Assembly (NCBI GenBank): GCA_937893015.1
Contig: CALBJX010000062.1
Span: 733-64,732, forward strand
Direction: 5' to 3'
Length of the DNA: 64,000 nt
Source: an uncultured Verrucomicrobiales bacterium
GTDB lineage: Bacteria; Verrucomicrobiota; Verrucomicrobiia; Verrucomicrobiales; Akkermansiaceae
Position 1 is the first letter of the stretch; each line of letters opens with the position of its first letter. Both the position numbers and the translations under genes were made by a program. The notes beneath the pieces were generated by a model. It had not been told where the DNA came from, did not search any database, and saw nothing but the letters and a program-made list of their open reading frames with translations. Below are positions 20,241 through 29,463 of the stretch, in pieces.

Positions 20241-21596
20241 ATGAAACTGTTTGAGCTCGTTCTGGCCGCCGCAACAGTGGCTCTGCTGCCTGTCGCACAG
20301 GCGGAAATCGCCGACCCCGCTCCCGCCAAGGAAGCCTTAGCGCAGATGGCGAAGGATAATGCCGAGGATTTGTACCCCGTGGTGGCAGCTGTGTTGGATG
20401 CGGGTGGCAGTGTTGAGGATTTTGAGCCCTTCATGCGCTCCGCTGCCAAGGAGGGGGCCCCCGCTGCACGGCTATGGGTGGCGCAGATTGAGTTGGAAAA
20501 ACTGGTAGCCAAGGGGGGGGATGCCGTGATGGCCGATGAAGCTGTTCTCGCCTGCAAGTCGTTGGAGGCCGCAGCAAAGGATGGCTATGTCCCCGCGCTG
20601 CTGGTGCAGTCCCACATGGCGGGGGCCGGTATCGGTCGTCGCCCCAGCGAGAAGGAAGGCCTGCGTTTGCTGACAGAGGCTTGCAAGGCCGGCAGCGTGC
20701 GGGCCCGCGCAGCCTACCTGCTGGTGAGCGGTCGCCTGAATGCGGGCGATTGGACTCTGCCCGAGGTGGCCTCTGAGCTGGAGAAGAACAATTATTATCT
20801 GGAGGAGATTATCGCCTCTCTCTACGGCGCAGAGGACGAAGCCCGCACGTGGTATGAAAAAGCGGCGGAGCACGGCAGTGCCCGTGCCGCCTATGTGCTC
20901 TCCCAGACATACGAGGAGACCATCCCCGAGGACAAAGCCGCGGCCTATCTGAAACTCGCCGCCGACCGACATCTGCCGGAGGCTCTCGCCGCCGTCAGTA
21001 TGCTGGAAATCAACGGCGATGGTAAGCTTTTCCCCGTCAATCGCGAGCAGGGCATGCGCAAGTTGCAGGCGGCCCTCATGCTCGGCTACCAGCCCGCCGC
21101 CGTCACGCTCGCCTCGCTGTATATGGCGGAGCCGGACAAGCACAGCGCGGAGAGTGTGCTGGCTCTCTATAAAAATGCGGCGGAGCAGGGCGATGCCCGT
21201 GCCATGGTGGCCTATGCCTATTGCATCGCCACGGGGCGCGGCTGCGAGGCCGATGCCGCCAAGGGCCGCGAGATGCTGAAAACGCTTGCCTTCAACGGCA
21301 TGCCTTACGCCTCCATGGCGCTGGCTGATTTGTACTTCAACGGCGTGGGGGAAGCGCCCGATGTGCGAGCCGCAGTCAATGCGCTCGGCGAGGCCGCCTC
21401 CGCAGGTGTGCCCCAGTGCTACACGCTCATGGCCGCCCTCACCGCGCTGGGTACGGAGGCGTCCAAGGGTGACGAACGCCGCGCGGAATCCTTCCTGCGC
21501 ATGGCGGAGGAGAATCATGAACAGAACCCCCGCGAGTTCTACCAATCCCTGCTCGCGGACAAGGTCTGGCATTTCCTGCCCCCCGCCGCCAAGTGA
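20241..21596 (+). CDS. Exported Sel1-repeat protein
   Basis: Signal peptide ...VAQA; repeated AAEQGDARAM, WYEKAAEHG and LADLYFNGVG motifs. Confidence 0.75.
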   Translation: MKLFELVLAAATVALLPVAQAEIADPAPAKEALAQMAKDNAEDLYPVVAAVLDAGGSVEDFEPFMRSAAKEGAPAARLWVAQIELEKLVAKGGDAVMADEAVLACKSLEAAAKDGYVPALLVQSHMAGAGIGRRPSEKEGLRLLTEACKAGSVRARAAYLLVSGRLNAGDWTLPEVASELEKNNYYLEEIIASLYGAEDEARTWYEKAAEHGSARAAYVLSQTYEETIPEDKAAAYLKLAADRHLPEALAAVSMLEINGDGKLFPVNREQGMRKLQAALMLGYQPAAVTLASLYMAEPDKHSAESVLALYKNAAEQGDARAMVAYAYCIATGRGCEADAAKGREMLKTLAFNGMPYASMALADLYFNGVGEAPDVRAAVNALGEAASAGVPQCYTLMAALTALGTEASKGDERRAESFLRMAEENHEQNPREFYQSLLADKVWHFLPPAAK

Positions 21597-21598
21597 AA

Positions 21599-21620
21599 TT
21601 ATTTATCAAAATATAAATAA
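21599..21620. promoter_or_regulatory. AT-rich 8-6-8 inverted repeat, candidate operator
   Basis: TTATTTAT-CAAAAT-ATAAATAA in a GC-rich context, upstream of 21702. Confidence 0.4.
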
Positions 21621-21701
21621 ATCGCCTCTTCTCGTGCGCTTTCTCAGGTGAAGGGACGCTCGATGTTGTTCTTTCTCTTAACCTTCAGCACGTTTCCGAC
21701 C

Positions 21702-22010
21702 ATGAAAAAGATTCTCTTTTCCCTCCTGCTCGCACTGATGGCGCTCGTGATGGTCTGCGGCAATCGCGCGGAAGCCCGTGTGGCCGTCAGCATCAATGTG
21801 GGCTGCCCCCGCGTTTGCATGCCCTGTCCGCCGCGGTACTACTGTCCGCCGCCCTGTCCGCCGCGATACTGCGCCCCGTGCCCGCCGCCGTACTATGCGC
21901 CGCCTGCTCATTGCCATGTGCACCGCCCGCACATTCACTATTCTTATCCTAACCACGGCGGGCATCATGCCCCGCATCGCGCACCCCGCGGGCATGCGCA
22001 TCGGCGTTGA
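21702..22010 (+). CDS. Small exported Pro/Cys/Tyr/His-rich protein
   Basis: Signal peptide MKKILFSLLLALMALVMVCGNRAEA, then RVAVSINVG, (CPPRYY/CPPP)n and a His-rich tail; followed by a strong hairpin. Confidence 0.7.
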   Translation: MKKILFSLLLALMALVMVCGNRAEARVAVSINVGCPRVCMPCPPRYYCPPPCPPRYCAPCPPPYYAPPAHCHVHRPHIHYSYPNHGGHHAPHRAPRGHAHRR

Positions 22011-22025
22011 GATATCGCCATACCA

Positions 22026-22064
22026 AACAGGGCGGACACCGAGAGGTGTCCGCCCTGTTGTTTT
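22026..22064. terminator. Bidirectional intrinsic terminator
   Basis: AACAGGGCGGACACC-GAGA-GGTGTCCGCCCTGTT between convergent genes. Confidence 0.85.
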
Positions 22065-22920
22065 ATTCCTGTGCCTGCTTTTGAGCGCGGCGAAATTGGC
22101 GAGGTTCCTGCGGATGGTCATCCGCCCAGAGGCCGAGCCGTTCGGCACGTGCTTGTTTCTCCGCCTTGGCCAGTTCCGTTTCATCGGCGGCGTAGTAGGC
22201 GTAGTGCCAAGCGAAACCTCCCTTCACAAGCTCCAGATTGATGTTGCGCCCCTTGCGGAAAATGGTGGCGAGGTCGCGACTGTAGCCGTCTCGACCTTCG
22301 CTGCTTTCCTTCGCCTCCTCACGGAATCGCAGCAACACGCCCTTGTGCTCGATGAGACGCGCCAGCTTGTGTGTGGCCTCTGCGCCGAAGGCTTGTCCCT
22401 TTTCGGGGGCATCGATGCCCCAGAGTCGGATTTTGATGTTGTCCACCGCTCCGGTCTCACGGAAGATGATGGTATCGCCGTCCAGCACTTTCAGGCAGAT
22501 ACCCTCCTTTTCTGCGGCGGGTGCGCCCGATTTCGGCGTGAGCGTGGCCCACATCCCGCGCTTGGCTGCAATGGCCTCGGCTTCCTCCGCTGAGAAATCC
22601 GCTGCCCCGGCATAGCGGTAGTGGAAGCGTGCCCACCCCTGCTGCACCATGGCGCGGTTGACCTCCGTCCCCTCACAGCGCAGCAGGCAGACATCCCGAC
22701 CGAAGCGGTCGGTCCTAATATTTTCCGCTTGCAGGAGTTTGCCTTCAATCATGGCGGCGAGGGCGGCGGAGGCCTCATCATAGTATGGTTCGCCCTTTTC
22801 GGGCGCACTCACCGCGGCCAACTGCATCGTGTGCCGTTTCTGTTGCCCGTCCCGGCAAACCAGAATCGTGTCGCCGTCAATCACGTGAACGCAGCGGTAG
22901 GGAAGGAGAGAGGGGCACAT
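22063..22920 (-). CDS. Thermonuclease (staphylococcal nuclease-like) with two tandem SNase domains
   Basis: Two sets of DGDT ... APEKG ... D.(F/Y)(G/S)R ... VN..(M/L)V..G.A ... (K/R)(R/L)G(M/L)W. Confidence 0.85.
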   Translation of the reverse strand: MCPSLLPYRCVHVIDGDTILVCRDGQQKRHTMQLAAVSAPEKGEPYYDEASAALAAMIEGKLLQAENIRTDRFGRDVCLLRCEGTEVNRAMVQQGWARFHYRYAGAADFSAEEAEAIAAKRGMWATLTPKSGAPAAEKEGICLKVLDGDTIIFRETGAVDNIKIRLWGIDAPEKGQAFGAEATHKLARLIEHKGVLLRFREEAKESSEGRDGYSRDLATIFRKGRNINLELVKGGFAWHYAYYAADETELAKAEKQARAERLGLWADDHPQEPRQFRRAQKQAQE

Positions 22921-22927
22921 TGGTGAA

Positions 22928-23902
22928 TCAGTGTCGTTTCAGAAAGGATTCTATGCGTTTGCCGACATTGTCGCGGTGGTTTTCGTAGAAGAAGATGGGG
23001 TCGTACACATGGAACACGCCGCCGCCGAAGAGCATGAGTTTCCCGGGAATCTCTGCGCCCTCGGCAAAGAGGGGATTGAGCGTGCCGCGCACGGGGTTGA
23101 TGACCGCACCGCAGAAGCTCGGCCGGGCAGGGGCGGCGAGGTCGGTAATGGTGAAGCGTGCGCCCTTGTTAGCCTCTGCGGGGGCCGGGGTGGCATCCGT
23201 GCGCCAGTTGAGCGGGTTGATGCAATGGGCACGCACCCCGGGCGGCACGAGGAAGGACGCCGTGACGGAGCTCTCTTCCGTGTTCCATGCGATGAAGACG
23301 CCCGTGTCCGTCTCTCCCTGTGCGGGGCGGAGGTAGGGGGCTTCCGCCGTGTCGCGCTCCGTCACGCACCAGCCGATGAGGTAGGCCGCCACCATGCGGG
23401 AACGCAGTGTTTCATCCGCCAGCACATCTTTGATGAGGTGCAGGCATTGCTCGCTGCCTTGGCTGAAGCCCGCCAGTATATAAGGCCGCCCGCCGTTGTC
23501 GTGCTCCAAGTAATACAAAAAGGCTTTTTTGACGTCGGAATAGGCGATTTCCTGCGCCCCGGGCTTGCCGTAATGCGGCAGGGATTTCTGGCGGTAGTAG
23601 GGCGCGAAGAAGCGGGCGTGCTCATCGTAGAGGCTCTTTTCCATATCAACCGCTTTTTTGAAGGCAGTGCGCTCGTTTTCATCGTTCACGTCCATGTTGT
23701 CCACACGGCGCATGCAGGTTGTCGGGCATACAAAGAAGACGTCCGCGGGCTGCTCCGCCGTGGGCTCGCTGTTCTCGCGGTAGACCCAGAGGCGGGCCTC
23801 CTCGTAGTCCTGTTCAGGCAGACCTTCGGCCATAACGATACCGACCAAGAGTACCGCCATCATCAGGCACACCGCAAAACCTTTGTTGAGATAGTCCCTC
23901 AC
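22928..23902 (-). CDS. Exported alpha/beta hydrolase, DUF3089-like
   Basis: ADVFFVCPT, FFAPYYRQ, AYSDVKKAF.YYL, NGGRPYILAGFSQG, CINPLNW and FHVYD motifs. GTG start at 23902 is supported by TTGTCA-17-TAGGAT lying 7 nt upstream. Confidence 0.8.
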   Translation of the reverse strand: MRDYLNKGFAVCLMMAVLLVGIVMAEGLPEQDYEEARLWVYRENSEPTAEQPADVFFVCPTTCMRRVDNMDVNDENERTAFKKAVDMEKSLYDEHARFFAPYYRQKSLPHYGKPGAQEIAYSDVKKAFLYYLEHDNGGRPYILAGFSQGSEQCLHLIKDVLADETLRSRMVAAYLIGWCVTERDTAEAPYLRPAQGETDTGVFIAWNTEESSVTASFLVPPGVRAHCINPLNWRTDATPAPAEANKGARFTITDLAAPARPSFCGAVINPVRGTLNPLFAEGAEIPGKLMLFGGGVFHVYDPIFFYENHRDNVGKRIESFLKRH

Positions 23903-24022
23903 GGCGGCAATCCTAACACAACGGGAAACGGATGACAAAATGTTTTTTGCGTTGCGTCTGCATGACGTTTCACGCGCTTCTTTCTGTTTGCATTTGTGAG
24001 GGCTCTATGTTAAGATCGGACC

Positions 24023-26008
24023 ATGAAGAAGTCATTCGTCATTCTTACCGCTCTGTCGTTGACTCCGCTTTGCGGGGCTCAGAATCCCGAAGTCGTCCCC
24101 ATGCCTGCGGAGATGGCGGCTGCCGTCGGCCTCGCACAGCAGGAGGCGGACATTTGTTCCGCATTGTCGCTGCTGCCGCAGGACACGGAGTCCTATCTGG
24201 CTCTCGGCAATCTGCCCGGCTATGCGGCACTTGCGGGGATGCCTGCGGAAGCTCTCGGCGAGGCGTCCGTCGCGGAGAGCGCGGCCGTTGCTTTCGGCAG
24301 CGGCACGGCGCAGATGCTGCGTCAGACTCTTCCTCTGTATCGTGTCCTGGTCGCGTCCGAATCTCTGTCCGATTTGGCCTCGGGCTGGGCGAATGTCGCC
24401 ACGGAACAGGCCGCAGCGGTGATTAAGACGCAGGAAGAGCAGCAGTCTCAGGAGGCCGTGGATAAGATGATTGAAACCCTCGCCTCTTGGCACACCGCGC
24501 CTGTATATGCCGTGGTAACGGTGCGCGAGGAAGGCCGCGAGATGCTCCCCGCTCTGCAACAGATGGTGTTGGCGGCGCTGACGGAGGAGGAAGGCGCCGA
24601 AGCCGTGGAGCAGGGTGCTTGGAAGGGCGCTCGTTTCCGTCTGCCCGAGGAGGAGATTCAGGCGGTGCTGGCGGGGAAAGAGCTGACAGCTCTGCAGAAA
24701 GCAAAGCTGGAGGCCTCTCTCCGCAAGCTGCAGTTGCAGGTTGTTGTGATGGTGCGTGACCATGCGCTGGTGGTGGCTCTCTGCGCTGACCCCGCTGAGC
24801 TGAATCTGCCTGATGCCCCTGCCGCATCCGTAGCAGCGGGTGAGAAAGCCGCTTTCCTGAAAGCGCAGCCCAACCCGCTGGCCGCAGCCTATATGTCGGC
24901 AGACCTCGGCAATGTCTGCCGTGAGCTCAACATGCAGTCGATGCAGGGCTTGGCCGGGTTTGTGACCGGGGTCTTCAAGACCTTGGGCGCCGAAAATGCT
25001 TCCCCTGTGTATCAACAGGCCGCAGCGGCAGTGAGCACGCTCATGGAGCAGATGCAGAAACAGAATCCTGCCGCGGATGCCCCCTCCACTCTCCTGATGT
25101 GGGAGGACGGCGACTTGCACCTTGACCTCGCGGGCGATGCGAATGGTGCCCGTTTCGTTGCAGCGGAATCCGTCTCACTGCCGAGCTCGGACAAGACCTT
25201 CTTCACCTTCACCTGTGACCCGGTGACGGGCACGCGCACCTGCGACGGCGCCATGCTGCTGAATGCGTGCGAAACGCTGGTGAATGGTTTGGCCGCCACC
25301 CTTACGGAGGAAAGCAGAGCGCAGGTGCAGGGCGCCATGGCGCAGTACCACCTCTTCGATTCCGAGAAGGAAACCCTCGTTTCCGCTTGCGAGGCGTGGA
25401 AGTCCGCCTTCTCGGGCAGCTTTTCCTTCGTGGCGGATGCGGCGGGCAGCGTCCCTGCCTCCCTCCTGGGCGGTTCCCCTGCGGAGAGCGTGATGGTGCC
25501 CCGCGTGGCGATGAACCTCGGTGTGGCGCAGCGCGCCGACATCGAGAAGGGGCGCAGTCTCTTCATGCAGGCCGTGAAGCAGGGCATGGCAAAGGTCGGC
25601 GCGGATGAGTCCGTGCTCGACAGCGTCCCCATGGCGGAAACCAAGGCGGACAATGCCACGCTCTACTCCCTCGCGCTGCCCATGTGCTGCCCCGGATTCT
25701 CCCCCACCGTGGCGGTGACGGATAAGACATGGTCCCTCAGCTCCTCCGTGGAGCTGGCGACGGCGGTGGCGAAGAGCCCCGTTGCCCCCGCTGCCGCAGA
25801 GGGCAAGGCCACCTTCTGCTTCTCCCCCGCCCCCGTGGCCGAGCTGCTGAAAGCCGCCGCCGCGATGGATGCCGAAAACGAGGACCTCGCGGATGCCGCC
25901 GCCACTGCTGATGCGGTCTCTTCCGTCATCTCCTCCGTCTCCGGCACCGCCACCACCACGCCGGATGACCTCTTCCGCCTGCACGTGGACGTGATGCTCA
26001 AGCACTGA
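24023..26008 (+). CDS. Exported hypothetical protein (661 aa)
   Basis: Long ORF with genome-like codon usage, a signal peptide and a leaderless-type promoter TTGCAT-17-TAAGAT; no family recognised. Confidence 0.75.
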   Translation: MKKSFVILTALSLTPLCGAQNPEVVPMPAEMAAAVGLAQQEADICSALSLLPQDTESYLALGNLPGYAALAGMPAEALGEASVAESAAVAFGSGTAQMLRQTLPLYRVLVASESLSDLASGWANVATEQAAAVIKTQEEQQSQEAVDKMIETLASWHTAPVYAVVTVREEGREMLPALQQMVLAALTEEEGAEAVEQGAWKGARFRLPEEEIQAVLAGKELTALQKAKLEASLRKLQLQVVVMVRDHALVVALCADPAELNLPDAPAASVAAGEKAAFLKAQPNPLAAAYMSADLGNVCRELNMQSMQGLAGFVTGVFKTLGAENASPVYQQAAAAVSTLMEQMQKQNPAADAPSTLLMWEDGDLHLDLAGDANGARFVAAESVSLPSSDKTFFTFTCDPVTGTRTCDGAMLLNACETLVNGLAATLTEESRAQVQGAMAQYHLFDSEKETLVSACEAWKSAFSGSFSFVADAAGSVPASLLGGSPAESVMVPRVAMNLGVAQRADIEKGRSLFMQAVKQGMAKVGADESVLDSVPMAETKADNATLYSLALPMCCPGFSPTVAVTDKTWSLSSSVELATAVAKSPVAPAAAEGKATFCFSPAPVAELLKAAAAMDAENEDLADAAATADAVSSVISSVSGTATTTPDDLFRLHVDVMLKH

Positions 26009-26031
26009 ACCACGCGCTGACTCTCAGTCTC

Positions 26032-26071
26032 AAACGCCCCGCGCCGGAAAATATCGGCGTGGGGCGTTTTT
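26032..26071 (+). terminator. Intrinsic terminator
   Basis: AAACGCCCCGCGCCGG-aaaa-TATCGGCGTGGGGCGTTTTT. Confidence 0.75.
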
Positions 26072-26114
26072 CGACTTGCACCCCTGCGGGGGCTGTGCTA
26101 CGCTCGCCCTTGCT

Positions 26115-26732
26115 ATGGAATCCGATTCTCCTCACCTAAGGGGTTCGCTCATCGTCTTTGAAGGCATCGACGGCACGGGCAAATCCACCCAGATTCAGTT
26201 GCTCGCCAAGTATCTGCGGGCGCATAACATCGATGTCATCACGGACTTTGAGCCCACGCGCGGGCCTTGGGGCATGAAGGTGCGCAACGCTGCACTCTCC
26301 GGCACCCGACTCAGCCCGGAGGAGGAAATCGACTGCCTGTTGCAGGATCGGCGCGAGCACGTCCGCGACCTCATCGAGCCCGCCTTGGCGGAGGGTAAGT
26401 GGGTGCTGCTGGACCGCTACTACCTCTCCATGATGGCCTACCAGGGGGCAACGGGGGCGAACCCCGAGCAAATCCGCGAGTGGAACGAGGCCTTCGCCGT
26501 CATCCCCGACGTGGCCTTCTGGCTGGACATTCCCGTGGAGACGGCTCTCGCCCGCATGAACGCCCGCGGCAACGCCCGCGATGCCTTCGAGAACGAACCC
26601 TTCCTCAACGCCTGCGCCGCCATCTATTCCTCCATGGAGATGCCGTGGCTGCACCGCATCGAGGCAGATGGTGAGATTGCCGAAACCCAACAGCGCATCC
26701 GCGAAATCATCCGGGAAGAACTCGGTATCTGA
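26115..26732 (+). CDS. tmk: Thymidylate kinase
   Basis: IVFEGIDGTGKSTQ, EPT, DR.EH, LDRYYLS..AYQG and PD...WLD motifs. Confidence 0.93.
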   Translation: MESDSPHLRGSLIVFEGIDGTGKSTQIQLLAKYLRAHNIDVITDFEPTRGPWGMKVRNAALSGTRLSPEEEIDCLLQDRREHVRDLIEPALAEGKWVLLDRYYLSMMAYQGATGANPEQIREWNEAFAVIPDVAFWLDIPVETALARMNARGNARDAFENEPFLNACAAIYSSMEMPWLHRIEADGEIAETQQRIREIIREELGI

Positions 26733-26840
26733 ACTTCTTGCGGAGGGTGGGGACTTTATTCCTTGACTATTCCGCGCCTTTCCTCTATCATGTTATCGCA
26801 AGCAGGACGTGAATGAACACGCCCCGAACCCTTTTTCTTT

Positions 26841-27299
26841 ATGTCCGCACAACCGAATCTTCTCGCACAGGTACGCCGCCATCTGATCGAACAGAAGGAG
26901 GATTACCAGTGGATTACCATGGGCCCTGACAGCGAGAAAATCGGTCTCGCTTACCTGCCGATGACGGCGGGCGAGTTCCCGTGTTCCTTCATGTTTACGG
27001 AGCTCAAAGAGCCATGCAGTCTCGTGTTTGATGTCAACTTCGCCTACCGCATCGCGCCGGAGGACCGCGCGGAGGTGGCCATGCTGCTGCTCACGCTCAA
27101 CGCCAACCTGCCGGAGGGGCAGCTCCTGCTGGATTCCGCGACCGGGCTGGTCTACTACCGCCTCAAATTTGTGGTGGATGACCTCGCCATCAGCGACGAC
27201 GAAATCCTCAACCGCGTGCGGCACATGGAAGCCGTCGGTCTCTCCATGGCGCACACCTACCCGCGCATCATCACCCAAGAATTCCCTCCTGCCTTCTGA
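26841..27299 (+). CDS. YbjN/type III chaperone-fold-like hypothetical protein
   Basis: Size ~150 aa and the I..E.R.EV..LL..LN..L..G...LD...G.V.YR pattern. Confidence 0.55.
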   Translation: MSAQPNLLAQVRRHLIEQKEDYQWITMGPDSEKIGLAYLPMTAGEFPCSFMFTELKEPCSLVFDVNFAYRIAPEDRAEVAMLLLTLNANLPEGQLLLDSATGLVYYRLKFVVDDLAISDDEILNRVRHMEAVGLSMAHTYPRIITQEFPPAF

Positions 27300-27359
27300 C
27301 CCCCTTTCTCCGCCAACTACCGACCTCATCTATTAACCCGAACCCCACCAAACGAAAAA

Positions 27360-28154
27360 ATGTCTCTTGAAAAACCCTTGGAAGGCAAAGTCGGCATCGT
27401 GACCGGCGTCGCCAATCACCGCAGCATCGCCTTCGGTATCGCCAAAGCCTGGCATGCCGCAGGCGCCAAGCTTATCTTCAACTATCAGGGTGAGCGCCTT
27501 AAGGACGGCGTCATCAAGCTCGTGAAGGAAACCTTCGGTGAAGACACCCCCATCTGCAACCTCGATGTCTCCAGCGATGAATCTATCGACGAATTCTTCT
27601 CCTTCGTTGCGCAGCACACCGACCGCGTGGACATGCTGTTGCACGCCATTGCCTTCGCCCCCAAGGCGCCCGGCACGCTGGACGGCCACTTCTCCGACAT
27701 CCCCCGCGACGCGTGGAATCTTTCCCTTCAGATTTCCGCATACTCCCTCATCGCGCTTTCCCGCGCCGTTGCCCCGCTCATGACGGAGGGCGGCTCCATC
27801 ACCGCGCTGACCTACTACGCCAGCCAGAAAGTGGTGCCGAACTACAACCTCATGGCCGTTTCCAAAGCCGCGCTGGAGACCAGCTGCAAGTACCTCGCCT
27901 TCGACCTCGGCCGTCGCGAAAAGCCCATCCGCGTCAACTGCATCTCCGCCGGTCCCGTCCAGACGCTGGCCGCTCGCGGCGTCTCCGGCTTCACGGGCAT
28001 GTTCAAGGTCTACGGTGAACGCAGCCCGCTGCAGCGCTCCTGCACGCTGGAAGAACTCGGCGCTACCGCCACCTACCTTGCGAGCGACGGCGCCGCCTCC
28101 GTGACGGGGCAGGTGCTCTACGTGGACGGCGGTTACGAAATCGTCGGCATGTAA
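27360..28154 (+). CDS. fabI: Enoyl-ACP reductase
   Basis: GVANHRSIAFGIA, HAIAFAP, ISAYSL, LTYY, YNLMAVSKAALE, ISAGPVQTLA and YVDGG motifs. Confidence 0.95.
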   Translation: MSLEKPLEGKVGIVTGVANHRSIAFGIAKAWHAAGAKLIFNYQGERLKDGVIKLVKETFGEDTPICNLDVSSDESIDEFFSFVAQHTDRVDMLLHAIAFAPKAPGTLDGHFSDIPRDAWNLSLQISAYSLIALSRAVAPLMTEGGSITALTYYASQKVVPNYNLMAVSKAALETSCKYLAFDLGRREKPIRVNCISAGPVQTLAARGVSGFTGMFKVYGERSPLQRSCTLEELGATATYLASDGAASVTGQVLYVDGGYEIVGM

Positions 28155-28214
28155 ATGAGAATTACAATTTACAAATTACAAATTACAAATTGAAAATTCG
28201 TGCGGCTATCGCCG
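28153..28214. repeat. 7-bp tandem array (AATTACA) followed by a small CGGC-tatc-GCCG hairpin
   Basis: AAATGAG AATTACA ATTTACA AATTACA AATTACA AATTGAA AATTCG, starting at the fabI stop. Confidence 0.85.
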
Positions 28215-28225
28215 CGAGTTTTAAA

Positions 28226-28258
28226 AACAGGCATCTGACATGCTGTCAGATGCCTGTT
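28226..28258. repeat. TCTGAC palindrome variant, probable terminator (copy 3)
   Basis: AACAGGCATCTGACA-tgc-TGTCAGATGCCTGTT between convergent fabI and EamA genes. Confidence 0.7.
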
Positions 28259-28264
28259 CCGCAT

Positions 28265-29158
28265 TCATCGGCGGATGATGAGCAAAATCCCGCCCAGAAT
28301 GAGCAGCACGCCGATGATGATGGGGAGCGTCAGCGTTTCGCCGAAGACGGCGACGCCGATAGCGATGGCGACGAGCGGTTCCGCCGAGCCGAGGATGGAG
28401 AGTCGGACGGCGCCGATGCAGTGCAGGGCACGCGTAAAGGTCTCCAGCGAGACAATAGTGGGGATGAGGGCGATGGCCAGCAGACAACCCCAGTGTAGCG
28501 GGGCGGAGGGGAGTTGAATGCCCCCTTCGATGGCGAGTTTCACGGCAAAGAGCCCCATGCTCGCAAGCATCACATAGAAGGTGAGCACCTCGGCACGTAG
28601 CTCGCGCACGGGGCGGATGTGGCGCACACCGAGGATGTAGAAGGCATAGAATGCCGCCGAGGCCAGTGACCACAGCACGCCGCGGATATCCAATGGCGCA
28701 TCTCCCCCGCCGCGGTAGAGCAGGGCGATGCCCGAGGTCGTGGCGAGGAGCGCGAGCAGAAGGCGCAAAGAAAGTTTTTCCCTGAAGAAGCACACGGAGA
28801 GCAGTGTCACCATGGCGGGGTACACAAAGAGGATGGTGCAGGCCAGCCCGCCGTCGATGTAGAGGAAGGCGGAATAGAGCGCGAGCGAGGAGGCGCCGAA
28901 GAACAGCCCCATCACCGCCACGGGTAGCCACGCCGCCCGGGGCAGGGCAAGCGACACTTTTTTGATGCCCGCAGCAAGAATCACGTACAACGGCAACGCC
29001 AGCAGATAACGTTGGAAAAGCACGGAGCTCACGCCCACCCCCGCATGTAGCAGGGGCAGGGAGAAGAGCGGGTTGGTGGCATAGCATACATTGGCCAACA
29101 GCCCCAGCGCGTAGCCGCCGACTACTCCTTGCCCTGTTTGTTCTGCTGTTTTTGCCAT
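28265..29158 (-). CDS. DMT/EamA family transporter
   Basis: About 10 hydrophobic helices; motifs ILFVYP, FFREKL, EPLVA and FGETLT; promoter TTGACA-16-TAGAAT lies 9 nt upstream. Confidence 0.88.
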   Translation of the reverse strand: MAKTAEQTGQGVVGGYALGLLANVCYATNPLFSLPLLHAGVGVSSVLFQRYLLALPLYVILAAGIKKVSLALPRAAWLPVAVMGLFFGASSLALYSAFLYIDGGLACTILFVYPAMVTLLSVCFFREKLSLRLLLALLATTSGIALLYRGGGDAPLDIRGVLWSLASAAFYAFYILGVRHIRPVRELRAEVLTFYVMLASMGLFAVKLAIEGGIQLPSAPLHWGCLLAIALIPTIVSLETFTRALHCIGAVRLSILGSAEPLVAIAIGVAVFGETLTLPIIIGVLLILGGILLIIRR

Positions 29159-29230
29159 ATCCGCGCCATTCTATCACGCGAAAAATTGCTGTCAAGTGAC
29201 ATGAAATCCGTTTTTTTAACGAAAAAGTGC

Positions 29231-29259
29231 TTGCCTTTTCCGAAAGAAGAGAGTAAACT
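29231..29259 (+). promoter_or_regulatory. Promoter of tRNA-Ser
   Basis: TTGCCT-17-TAAACT followed by a GC-rich discriminator. Confidence 0.6.
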
Positions 29260-29274
29260 CGCCGCACACCACAT

Positions 29275-29362
29275 GGGCAGGTGTCTGAGTGGTCGAAAGA
29301 GCACGATTGGAAATCGTGTGTACGTCAAAAGCGTACCGAGGGTTCGAATCCCTCCCTGTCCG
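29275..29362 (+). tRNA. tRNA-Ser (anticodon GGA), CCA not encoded
   Basis: Acceptor stem GGGCAGG/CCTGTCC, D-loop GAGTGG, anticodon arm CACGA-TTGGAAA-TCGTG, long variable arm GTACG...CGTAC, T arm GAGGG-TTCGAAT-CCCTC, discriminator G. Confidence 0.96.
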
Positions 29363-29367
29363 TCTCG

Positions 29368-29401
29368 AGAATCCGCATCGGAAACGATGCGGATTCTTTT
29401 T
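29368..29401 (+). terminator. Terminator after the tRNA
   Basis: AGAATCCGCATCG-gaaa-CGATGCGGATTCT followed by a T run. Confidence 0.88.
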
Positions 29402-29463
29402 GTTTTGGCTTGATTTCGCGGCGTGAATGCGCTATAAGAGCCGCACCAACCCCTATCAGACCT

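Noticed and set aside
28153..28200. Short repeats as a CRISPR array (also 15180-15208 and 18864-18895)
   Set aside because: The units are 7 bp with no spacers, and there are no cas genes in the window.
29281..29463. N-terminal extension of the Sel1 ORF, and ORFs 29122-29499 and 29129-29413
   Set aside because: They overlap the tRNA-Ser gene and its terminator.
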